This document shows positions 53,001 to 64,000 of a stretch of DNA of 64,000 nucleotides, piece after piece. The notes beneath the pieces were generated by a model. The model ran no database searches. It worked only from the letters and a program-made list of their open reading frames with translations, and was not told the origin of the DNA. The stretch is from NCBI RefSeq assembly GCF_009914755.1, contig NC_060938.1. The stretch is one strand, 5' to 3'. The first letter of the stretch is position 1; each line of letters opens with the position of its first letter. A program made the position numbers and the translations under genes. Source of the DNA: the human T2T-CHM13v2.0 reference genome, Homo sapiens.

Positions 53001-56000
53001 GATATTCCCGTTTCCAACGAAATCCTGAAATCTATCCAAATATCCCCTCGCAGATTCTACAGAAAGAGTGTTTCAAAACTGCTCTGTAAAAAGAAAGGTT
53101 CAACTCTGTTAGTTGAGTACACACATCACAAACAAGTTTCACAGAATGCTTCTTTCTAGCTTGTAGGGGAAGATATTCCCTTTATCACCATGGGCCTCAA
53201 ACCGTCCAAAACGTCCACTTCCATATACTACAAAAAGAGCGTTTCAAACCTGCTCTATGAAAGGCAATGTTCAACTCTGTGACTTGAATGCAGACATCAC
53301 AGAGCAGTTTCTGAGAATGCTTCTGTCTAGATTTTATAGGAAGATATTCCCGTTTCCAACGAAATCTTCACAGCTATCCAAATATCCACTTGCAGATTCT
53401 ACAAAAAGAGTGTATCAAAACTGCTCTGTCAAAAGGAAGGTTCTTCTCTGTTAGGTGAGTGCATACGTCATAAAGGAGTTTCTGAGAATGTTTCTGTCTA
53501 GTGGTTATGGGAAGATATTTGCTTTTTCACCGTAGGCCTCAGGGCGCTCCAAATGTCCACTTGCACATGCTACAAAAAGAGTGCTTCAAAGCTGCTCTCT
53601 GAAAGGGAATGTTCAACTCTATGAGTTGAATGCAAACATTACAAAGACGTCTCTGAGAATGCTTCTGTCTAGATTTGATATGAAGATATTCCCGTTTCCA
53701 ACGAAATCTTCAAATCTATCCAAATGTCCACTTGCAGATTCAACAAAAAGTGTTTTTCAGAACTGCTCTATCAAAAGAAAGATCCACCTCTGTTAGCTGA
53801 GTTCACACATCAGAAACAGGTTTATGAGAATGCTTCTGTCTAATTTTTATTTGAAGATATTTCCTTTCTCACCATAGACCTGAAAGCTGTCCTAATGTTC
53901 ACTTCCAGATACTACAGAAAGAGTGTTTCAAAACTGCTGTACGAAAGGGAATGTTCAACTCTGTGACTTGAATGCACACATCACAAAGAAGTTTCTGAGG
54001 ATGCTGCTGTCTACTTTTTATATGTAATCCCGTTTCCAACGAAATCCTCCAAGCTATCCAAATATCCACTTGCAGATTCCACAGAAAGACTGTTTCAAAA
54101 CTGCTCTATCAATAGAAAGGTTCAACTCTGTTAGCTGCGTGCATATATCCCAAAGAAGATTCTGAGATTGCTTCTGTCTAGTTTTTATGGGAAGATATTT
54201 CCCTTTTCACTGTAGGCGTCAAGGCGCTAAAAATGTCCACTTCCAGATACTACAAAAAGAGTGTTTCAAACCTACTCTGTGAAAGGGAATATTCAACTCT
54301 GTGACTTGAATGCACATACCACAAAGAAGTTTCTGAGAATGCTTCTGTCGAGATTTTCTATGAAGATATTCCCGTTTCCAACGAAATCCTGAAATCTATC
54401 CAAATATCCCCTCGCAGATTCTACAAAAAGAGTGTTTCAAAACTGCTCTGTAAAAAGAAAGGTTCAACTCTGTTAGTTGAGTGCACACATCACAAACAAG
54501 TTTCACAGAATGCTTCTTTCTAGCTTGAAGGGGAAGATATTCCCTTTATCACCATGGGCCTCAAACCGTCCGAAACGTCCACTTCCATATACTACAAAAA
54601 GAGCGTTTCAAACCTGCTCTATGAAAGGCAATGTTCAACTCTGTGACTTGAATGCAGACATCACAGAGCAGTTTCTGAGAATGCTTCTGTCTAGATTTTA
54701 TAGGAAGATATTCCCGTTTCCAACAAAATCTTCGCAGCTATCCAAATATCCACTTGCAGATTCTACAAAAAGAGTGTATCAAAACTGCTCTGTCAAAAGG
54801 AAGGTTCTTCTCTGTTAGGTGAGTGCATACGTCATAAAGGAGTTTCTGAGAATGTTTCTGTCTAGTGGTTATGGGAAGATATTTGCTTTTTCCCCGTAGG
54901 CCTCAGGGCGCTCCAAATGTCCACTTGCACATGCTACAAAAAGAGTACTTCAAAGCTGCTCTCTGAAAGGGAATGTTCAACTCTATGAGTTGAATGCAAA
55001 CATCACAAAGACGTTTCTGAGAATGCTTCTGTCTAGATTTGATATGAAGATATTCCCGTTTCCAACGAAATCTTCAAATCTATCCAAATGTCCACTTGCA
55101 GATTCAACAAAAAGTGTTTTTCAAAACTGCTGTATCAAAAGAAAGATCCACCTCTGTTAGCTGAGTTCACACATCACAAACAAGTTTATGAGAATGCTTC
55201 TGTCTAGTTTTTATTTGAAGATATTTCCTTTCTCACCATAGACCTGAAAGCTGTCCTAATGTTCACTTCCAGATACTACAGAAAGAGCGTTTCAAAACTG
55301 ATGTACGAAAGGGAATGTTCAACTCTGTGACTTGAATGCCCACATCACAAAGAAGTTTCTGAGGATGCTGCTGTCTACTTTTTATACGTAATCCCGTTTC
55401 CAACGAAATCCTCCAAGCTATCCAAATATCCACTTGCAGATTCCAAAGAAAGACTGTTTCAAAACTGCTCTGTCAATAGAAAGGTTCAACTCTGTTAGCT
55501 GCGTGCATATATCCCAAAGAAGATTCTGAGATTGCTTCTGTCTAGTTTTTATGGGAAGATATTTCCCTTTTCACCGTAGGCGTCAAGGCGCTCCAAATGT
55601 CCACTTCCAGATACTACAAAAAGAGTGTTTCAAACCTACTCTCTGAAAGGGAATATTCAACTCTGTGACTTGAATGCACATATCACAAAGAAGTTTCTGA
55701 GAATGCTTCTGTCGAGATTTTCTATGAAGATATTCCCGTTTCCAACGAAATCCTGAAATCTATCCAAATATCCCCTCGCAGATTCTACAAAAAGAGTGTT
55801 TCAAAACTGCTCTGTAAAAAGAAAGGTTCAACTCTGTTAGTTGAGTACACACATCACAAACAAGTTTCACAGAATGCTTCTTTCTAGCTTGTAGGGGAAG
55901 ATATTCCCTTTATCACCATGGGCCTCAAACCGTCCGAAACGTCCACTTCCATATACTACAAAAAGAGCGTTTCAAACCTGCTCTAGGAAAGGCAATGTTC

Positions 56001-58654
56001 AACTCTGTGACTTGAATGCAGACATCACAGAGCAGTTTCTGAGAATGCTTCTGTCTAGATTTTATAGGAAGATATTCCCGTTTCCAACGAAATCTTCACA
56101 GCTATCCAAATATCCACTTGCAGATTCTACAAAAAGAGTGTATCAAAACTGCTCTGTCAAAAGGAAGGTTCTTCTCTGTTAGGTGAGTGCATACGTCATA
56201 AAGGAGTTTCTGACAATGTTTCTGTCTAGTGGTTATGGGAAGATATTTGCTTTTTCACCGTAGGCCTCAGAGCGCTCCAAATATCCACTTGCACATACTA
56301 CAAAAAGAGTGCCTCAAAGCTGCTCTCTGAAACGGAATGTTCAACTCTATGAGTTGAATGCAAACATCACAAAGACGTTTCTGAGAATGCTTCTGTCTAG
56401 ATTTGATATGAAGATATTCCCGTTTCCAACGAAATCTTCAAATCTATCCAAATGTCCACTTGCAGATTCAACAAAAAGTGTTTTTCAGAACTGCTCTATC
56501 AAAAGAAAGATCCACCTCTGTTAGCTGAGTTCACACATCACAAACAAGTTTATGAGAATGCTTCTGTCTAGTTTTTATTTGAAGATATTTCCTTTCTCAC
56601 CATAGACCTGAAAGCTTTCCTAATGTTCACTTCCAGATACTACAGAAAGAGTGTTTCAAAACTGCTGTACGAAAGGGAATGTTCAACTCTGTGACTTGAA
56701 TGCACACATCACAAAGAAGTTTCTGAGGATGCTGCTGTCTACTTTTTATACGTAATCCCGTTTCCAACGAAATCCTCCAAGCTATCCAAATATCCACTTG
56801 CAGATTCCACAGAAAGACTGTTTCAAAACTGCTCTGTCAATAGAAAGGTTCAACTCTGTTAGCTGCGTGCATATATCCCAAAGAAGATTCTGAGATTGCT
56901 TCTGTCTAGTTTTTATGGGAAGATATTTCCCTTTTCACCGTAGGCGTCAAGGCGCTCCAAATGTCCACTTCCAGATACTACAAAAAGAGTGTTTCATACC
57001 TACTCTATGAAAGGGAATATTCAACTCTGTGACTTGAATGCACATATCACAAGGAAGTTTCTGAGAATGCTTCTGTCGAGATTTTATATGAAGATATTCC
57101 CGTTTCCAACGAAATCCTGAAATGTATCCAAATATCCCCTCGCAGATTCTACAAAAAGAGTGTTTCAAAACTGCTCTGTAAAAAGAAAGGTTCAACTCTG
57201 TTAGTTGAGTGCACACATCACAAACAAGTTTCACAGAATGCTTCTTTCTAGCTTGTAGGGGAAGATATTCCCTTTATCACCATGGGCCTCAAACCGTCCG
57301 AAACGTCCACTTCCATATACTACAAAAAGAGCGTTTCAAACCTGCTCTATGAAAGGCAATGTTCAACTCTGTGACTTGAATGCAGACATCACAGAGCAGT
57401 TTCTGAGAATGCTTCTGTCTAGATTTTATAGGAAGATATTCCCGTTTCCAACGAAATCTTCACAGCTATCCAAATATCCACTTGCAGATTCTACAAAAAG
57501 AGTGTATCAAAAGTGCTCTGTCAAAAGGAAGGTTCTTTTCTGTTAGGTGAGTGCATACGTCATAAAGGAGTTTCTGAGAATGTTTCTGTCTAGTGGTTAT
57601 GGGAAGACATTTGCTTTTTCACCGTAGGCCACAGAGCGCTCCAAATATCCACTTGCACATACTACAAAAAGAGTGCCTCAAAGCTGCTCTCTGAAAGGGA
57701 ATGTTCAACTCTATGAGTTGAATGCAAACATCGCAAAGACGTTTCTGAGAATGCTTCTGTCTAGATTTGATATGAAGATATTCCCGTTTCCAACGAAATC
57801 TTCAAATCTATCCAAATGTCCACTTGCAGATTCAACAAAAAGTGTTTTTCAGAACTGCTCTATCAAAAGAAAGATCCACCTCTGTTAGCTGAGTTCACAC
57901 ATCACAAACAAGTTTATGAGAATGCTTCTGTCTAGTTTTTATTTGAAGATATTTCCTTTCTCACCATAGACCTGAAAGCTGTCCTAATGTTCACTTCCAG
58001 ATACTACAGAAAGAGTGTTTCAAAACTGCTGTACGAAAGGGAATGTTCAACTCTGTGACTTGAATGCACACATCACAAAGAAGTTTCTGAGGATGCTGCT
58101 GTCTACTTTTTATACGTAATCCCGTTTCCAACGAAATCCTCCAAGCTATCCAAATATCCATTTGCAGATTCCACAGAAAGACTGTTTCAAAACTGCTCTG
58201 TCAATAGAAAGGTTCAACTCTGTTAGCTGCGTGCATATATCCCAAAGAAGATTCTGAGATTGCTTCTGTCTAGTTTTTATGGGAAGATATTTCCCTTTTC
58301 ACTGTAGGTGTCAAGGCGCTCCAAATGTCCACTTCCAGATACTACAAAAAGAGTGTTTCAAACCTACTCTGTGAAAGGGAATATTCAACTCTGTGACTTG
58401 AATGCACATATCACAAAGAAGTTTCTGAGAATGCTTCTGTCGAGATTTTATATGAAGATATTCCCGTTTCCAACGAAATCCTGAAATGTATCCAAATATC
58501 CCCTCGCAGATTCTACAAAAAGAGTGTTTCAAAACTGCTCTGTAAAAAGAAAGGTTCAACTCTGTTAGTTGAGTACACACATCACAAACAAGTTTCACAG
58601 AATGCTTCTTTCTAGCTTGTAGGGGAAGATATTCCCTTTATCACCATGGGCCTC

Positions 58655-61600
58655 AAACCGTCCGAAACATCCAGTTCCATATACTACAAAAAGAGCGTTT
58701 CAAACCTGCTCTAGGAAAGGCAATGTTCAACTCTGTGACTTGAATGCAGACATCACAGAGCAGTTTCTGAGAATGCTTCTGTCTAGATTTTATAGGAAGA
58801 TATTCCCGTTTCCAACGAAATCTTCACAGCTATCCAAATATCCACTTGCAGATTCTACAAAAAGAGTGTATCAAAACTGCTCTGTCAAAAGGAAGGTTCT
58901 TCTCTGTTAGGTGAGTGCATACGTCATAAAGGAGTTTCTGAGAATGTTTCTGTCTAGTGGTTATGGGAAGATATTTGCTTTTTCACCGTAGGCCACAGAG
59001 CACTCCAAATATCCACTTGCACATACTACAAAAAGAGTGCCTCAAAGCTGCTCTCTGAAAGGGAATGTTCAACTCTATGAGTTGAATGCAAACATCGCAA
59101 AGACGTTTCTGAGAATGCTTCTGTCTAGATTTGATATGAAGATATTCCCGTTTCCAACGAAATCTTCAAATCTATCCAAATGTCCACTTGCAGATTCAAC
59201 AAAAAGTGTTTTTCAGAACTGCTCTATCAAAAGAAAGATCCACCTCTGTTAGCTGAGTTCACACATCACAAACAAGTTTATGAGAATGCTTCTGTCTAGT
59301 TTCTATTTGAAGATATTTCCTTTCTCACCATAGACCTGAAAGCTGTCCTAATGTTCACTTCCAGATACTACAGAAAGAGTGTTTCAAAACTGCTGTACGA
59401 AAGGGAATGTTCAACTCTGTGACTTGAATGCACACATCACAAAGAAGTTTCTGAGGATGCTGCTGTCTACTTTTTATACTTAATCCCGTTTCCAACGAAA
59501 TCCTCCAAGCTATCCAAATATCCACTTGCAGATTTCACAGAAAGACTGTTTCAAAACTGCTCTGTCAATAGAAAGGTTCAACTCTGTTAGCTGCGTGCAT
59601 ATATCCCAAAGAAGATTCTGAGATTGCTTCTGTCTAGTTTTTATGGGAAGATATTTCCCTTTTCACCGTAGGTGTCAAAGCGCTCCAAATGTCCACTTCC
59701 AGATACTACAAAAAGAGTGTTTCAAACCTACTCTGTGAAAGGGAATATTCAACTCTGTGACTTGAATGCACATATCACAAAGAAGTTTCTGAGAATGCTT
59801 CTGTCGAGATTTTATATGAAGATATTCCCGTTTCCAACGAAATCCTGAAATGTATCCAAATATCCCCTCGCAGATTCTACAAAAAGAGTGTTTCAAAACT
59901 GCTCTGTAAAAAGAAAGGTTCAACTCTGTTAGTTGAGTACACACATCACAAACAAGTTTCACAGAATGCTTCTTTCTAGCTTTTAGGGGAAGATATTCCC
60001 TTTATCACCATGGGCCTCAAACCGTCCGAAACGTCCACTTCCATATACTACAAAAAGAGCGTTTCAAACCTGCTCTAGGAAAGGCAATGTTCAACTCTGT
60101 GACTTGAATGCAGACATCACAGAGCAGTTTCTGAGAATGCTTCTGTCTAGATTTTATAGGAAGATATTCCCGTTTCCAACGAAATCTTCACAGCTATCCA
60201 AATATCCACTTGCAGATTCTACAAAAAGAGTGTATCAAAACTGCTCTGTCAAAAGGAAGGTTCTTCTCTGTTAGGTGAGTGCATACGTCATAAAGGAGTT
60301 TCTGAGAATGTTTCTGTCTAGTGGTTATGGGAAGATATTTGCTTTTTCACCGTAGGCCTCAGAGCGCTCCAAATATCCACTTGCACATACTACAAAAAGA
60401 GTGCCTCAAAGCTGCTCTCTGAAACCGAATGTTCAACTCTATGAGTTGAATGCAAACATCACAAAGACGTTTCTGAGAATGCTTCTGTCTAGATTTCATA
60501 TGAAGATATTCCCGTTTCCAACGAAATCTTCAAATCTATCCAAATGTCCACTTGCAGATTCAACAAAAAGTGTTTTTCAGAACTGCTCTATCAAAAGAAA
60601 GATCCACCTCTGTTAGCTGAGTTCACACATCACAAACAAGTTTATGAGAATGCTTCTGTCTAGTTTTTATTTGAAGATATTTTGTTTCTCACCATAGAGC
60701 TGAAAGCTGTCCTAATGTTCACTTCCAGATACTACAGAAAGAGTGTTTCAAAACTGCTGTACGAAAGGGAATGTTCAACTCTGTGACTTGAATGCACACA
60801 TCACAAAGAAGTTTCTGAGGATGCTGCTGTCTACTTTTTATACGTAATCCCGTTTCCAACGAAATCCTCCAAGCTATCCAAATATCCACTTGCAGATTCC
60901 ACAGAAAGACTGTTTCAAAACTGCTCTGTCAATAGAAAGGTTCAACTCTGTTAGCTGCGTGCATATATCCCAAAGAAGATTCTGAGATTGCTTCTGTCTA
61001 GTTTTTATGGGAAGATATTTCCCTTTTCACCGTAGGCGTCAAGGCGCTCCAAATGTCCACTTCCAGATACTACAAAAAGAGTGTTTCAAACCTACTCTGT
61101 GAAAGGGAATATTCAACTCTGTGACTTGAATGCACATATCACAAAGAAGTTTCTGAGAATGCTTTTGTCGAGATTTTCTATGAAGATATTCCCATTTCCA
61201 ACGAAATCCTGAAATGTATCCAAATATCCCCTCGCAGATTCTACAAAAAGAGTGTTTCAAAACTGCTCTGTAAAAAGAAAGGTTCAACTCTGTTAGTTGA
61301 GTACAAACATCACAAACAAGTTTCACAGAATGCTTCTTTCTAGCTTGTAGGGGAATATATTCCCTTTATCACCATGGGTCTCAAACCGTCCGAAACGTCC
61401 ACTTCCATATACTACAAAAAGAGCGTTTCAAACCTGCTCTATGAAAGGCAATGTTCAACTCTGTGACTTGAATGTAGACATCACAGAGCTGTTTCTGAGA
61501 ATGCTTCTGTCTAGATTTTATAGGAAGATATTCCCGTTTCCAACGAAATCTTCACAGCTATCCAAATATCCACTTGCAGATTCTACAAAAAGAGTGTATC

Positions 61601-61790
61601 AAAACTGCTCTGTCAAAAGGAAGGTTCTTCTCTGTTAGGTGAGTGCATACGTCATAAAGGAGTTTCTGAGAATGTTTCTGTCTAGTGGTTATGGGAAGAT
61701 ATTTGCTTTTTCCCCGTAGGCCTCAGGGCGCTCCAAATGTCCACTTGCACATGCTACAAAAAGAGTGCTTCAAAGCTACTCTCTGGAAGG
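58655..61790. repeat. Near-identical copy of window 1-~3140
   Basis: Rare variants GAAACATCCAGTTCC, GGCCACAGAGCACTCC, TTTCTATTTG, AGCTTTTAGGGG and AAACCGAATG recur at offset 58654. Confidence 0.85.
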
Positions 61791-61834
61791 GAATGTTCAA
61801 CTCTATGAGTTGAATGCAAACATCACAAAGACGT

Positions 61835-64000
61835 CTCTGAGAATGCTTCTGTCTAGATTTGATATGAAGATATTCCCGTTTCCAACGAAATCTTCAAATC
61901 TATCCAAATGTCCACTTGCAGATTCAACAAAAAGTGTTTTTCAGAACTGCTCTATCAAAAGAAAGATCCACCTCTGTTAGCTGAGTTCACACATCACAAA
62001 CAGGTTTATGAGAATGCTTCTGTCTAATTTTTATTTGAAGATATTTCCTTTCTCACCATAGACCTGAAAGCTGTCCTAATGTTCACTTCCAGATACTACA
62101 GAAAGAGTGTTTCAAAACTGCTGTACGAAAGGGAATGTTCAACTCTGTGACTTGAATGCACACATCACAAAGAAGTTTCTGAGGATGCTGCTGTCTACTT
62201 TTTATACGTAATCCCGTTTCCAATGAAATCCTCCAAGCTATCCAAATATCCACTTGCAGATTCCACAGAAAGACTGTTTCAAAACTGCTCTGTCAATAGA
62301 AAGGTTCAACTCTGTTAGCTGCGTGCATATATCCCAAAGAAGATTCTGAGATTGCTTCTGTCTAGTTTTTATGGGAAGATATTTCCCTTTTCACTGTAGG
62401 CGTCAAGGCGCTAAAAATGTCCACTTCCAGATACTACAAAAAGAGTGTTTCAAACCTACTCTGTGAAAGGGAATATTCAACTCTGTGACTTGAATGCACA
62501 TACCACAAAGAAGTTTCTGAGAATGCTTCTGTCGAGATTTTATATGAAGATATTCCCGTTTCCAACGAAATCCTGAAATCTATCCAAATATCCCCTCGCA
62601 GATTCTACAAAAAGAGTGTTTCAAAACTGCTCTGTAAAAAGAAAGGTTCAACTCTGTTAGTTGAGTGCACACATCACAAACAAGTTTCACAGAATGCTTC
62701 TTTCTAGCTTGCAGGGGAAGATATTCCCTTTATCACCATGGGCCTCAAACCAATCGAAACGTCCAATTCCATATACTACAAAAAGAGCGTTTCAAACCTG
62801 CTCTATGAAAGGCAATGTTCAACTCTGTGACTTGAATGCAGACATCACAGAGCAGTTTCTGAGAATGCTTCCGTCTAGATTTTATAGGAAGATATTCCCG
62901 TTTCCAACGAAATCTTCGCAGCTATCCAAATATCCACTTGCAGATTCTACAAAAAGAGTGTATCAAAACTGCTCTGTCAAAAGGAAGGTTCTTCTCTGTT
63001 AGGTGAGTGCATACGTCATAAAGGAGTTTCTGAGAATGTTTCTGTCTAGTGGTTATGGGAAGATATTTGCTTTTTCCCCGTAGGCCTCAGGGCGCTCCAA
63101 ATGTCCACTTGCACATGCTACAAAAAGAGTACTTCAAAGCTGCTCTCTGAAAGGGAATGTTCAACTCTATGAGTTGAATGCAAACATCACAAAGACGTTT
63201 CTGAGAATTCTTCTGTCTAGATTTGATATGAAGATATTCCCGTTTCCAACGAAATCTTCAAATCTATCCAAATGTCCACTTGCAGATTCAACAAAAAGTG
63301 TTTTTCAAAACTGCTGTATCAAAAGAAAGATCCACCTCTGTTAGCTGAGTTCACACATCACAAACAAGTTTATGAGAATGCTTCTGTCTAGTTTTTATTT
63401 GAAGATATTTCCTTTCTCACCATAGAGGTGAAAGGTGTCCTAATGTTCACTTCCAGATACTACAGAAAGAGTGTTTCAAAACTGCTGTACGAAAGGGAAT
63501 GTTCAACTCTGTGACTTGAATGCACACATCACAAAGAAGTTTCTGAGGATGCTGCTGTCTACTTTTTATACGTAATCCCGTTTCCAACGAAATCCTCCAA
63601 GCTATCCAAATATCCACTTGCAGATTCCACAGAAAGACTGTTTCAAAACTGCTCTGTCAATAGAAAGGTTCAACTCTGTTAGCTGCGTGCATATATCCCA
63701 AAGAAGATTCTGAGATTGCTTCTGTCTAGTTTTTATGGGAAGATATTTCCCTTTTCACCGTAGGCGTCAAGGCGCTCCAAATGTCCACTTCCAGATACTA
63801 CAAAAAGAGTGTTTCAAACCTACTCTGTGAAAGGGAATATTCAACTCTGTGACTTGAATGCACATATCACAAAGAAGTTTCTGAGAATGCTTCTGTCGAG
63901 ATTTTCTATGAAGATATTCCCGTTTCCAACGAAATCCTGAAATCTATCCAAATATCCCCTCGCAGATTCTACAAAAAGAGTGTTTCAAAACTGCTCTGTA
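61835..64000. repeat. Near-identical copy of ~48195-50360
   Basis: Rare variants CCAATCGAAAC, GTACTTCAAA, GAGAATTC and GAGGTGAAAGGTG recur at offset 13640 (10 HORs). Confidence 0.88.

Larger units (their letters stand above)
9311..53800. repeat. Multi-HOR block duplication: ~9.3-28.6 kb vs ~29.1-53.8 kb
   Basis: Colinear rare variants at offsets 19780, 18416, 22506 and 25234. Confidence 0.85.
1..64000 (-). repeat. Alpha-satellite 8-mer HOR array (1364-bp period), SF2; probably human D14Z9/D22Z1 (S2C14/22H1L, alphaXT)
   Basis: ~171-bp alphoid monomers throughout. The same pseudo-ORF recurs at 383, 1747, 3111, 4475 and onward (step 1364), and copies differ only by scattered SNVs. A CENP-B box occurs in every other monomer, with one TaqI (TCGA), two XbaI (TCTAGA) and one NcoI site per typical HOR. 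Alpha-satellite identity is certain; the chr14/22 assignment is from recall (about 0.8). Confidence 0.98.

Noticed and set aside
383-63002. Recurrent 61-113 aa ORFs on both strands
   Set aside because: They are translations of alphoid monomers recurring at the HOR period, many with GTG/TTG starts. They appear and disappear with random SNVs and show no recognisable domains or gene structure.
150-64000. CRISPR-like regularly spaced conserved motif (TTCCCGTTTCCAACGAAAT)
   Set aside because: The motif is the CENP-B box. The intervening sequence is itself repetitive rather than unique spacers, and there are no cas genes.
1-64000. Transposon insertion, inversion or divergent monomeric layer
   Set aside because: HOR phase and orientation are continuous throughout, and no Alu, L1, poly-A or other non-alphoid sequence was seen.
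1-64000. Assignment to chr14 versus chr22, or to the kinetochore/CDR site
   Set aside because: The two chromosomes share this HOR and chromosome-specific k-mers cannot be checked here. CDR location depends on methylation and CENP-A data that the sequence does not contain.
1-64000. Other 8-mer arrays (D12Z3, D10Z1) or the D13Z1/D21Z1 11-mer
   Set aside because: The box context GATTTCGTTGGAAACGGG and the monomer sequences look SF2 rather than SF1. The period is 1364 bp, not the ~1.87 kb of the 11-mer. This rests on recall, not a database search.

Overview
The whole 64-kb window is one uninterrupted, single-orientation array of primate alpha-satellite (~171-bp monomers). It is organised as a highly homogeneous 8-monomer higher-order repeat (HOR) of 1364 bp, about 46 full copies plus two 684-bp 4-mer variants. 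Every second monomer carries a CENP-B box (minus strand, TTTCGTTGGAAACGGGA; spacings 342/338/342/342 bp), alternating with pJ-alpha/A-box monomers. The dimeric SF2-type structure, the 8-mer length and the XbaI/TaqI site pattern best fit the live human chr14/chr22 array (D14Z9/D22Z1, alphaXT, S2C14/22H1L). That assignment is from recall and I cannot separate chr14 from chr22. I see no genes, RNA genes, transposons, inversions or CRISPR arrays, and all ORFs are satellite translation artefacts. I found no new coding system. The interest lies in the internal history of the array, read from shared single-base variants: two identical CENP-B-box-centred 4-monomer deletions, a ~19-25-kb block duplication with whole-HOR indels, a 2727-bp tandem duplication with a 13-bp breakpoint, long-range copies, an ABAB alternation resembling a nascent 16-mer, clusters of inactivated CENP-B boxes, and several apparently templated multi-nucleotide mutations. 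Coordinates were read by eye, so block ends are approximate.
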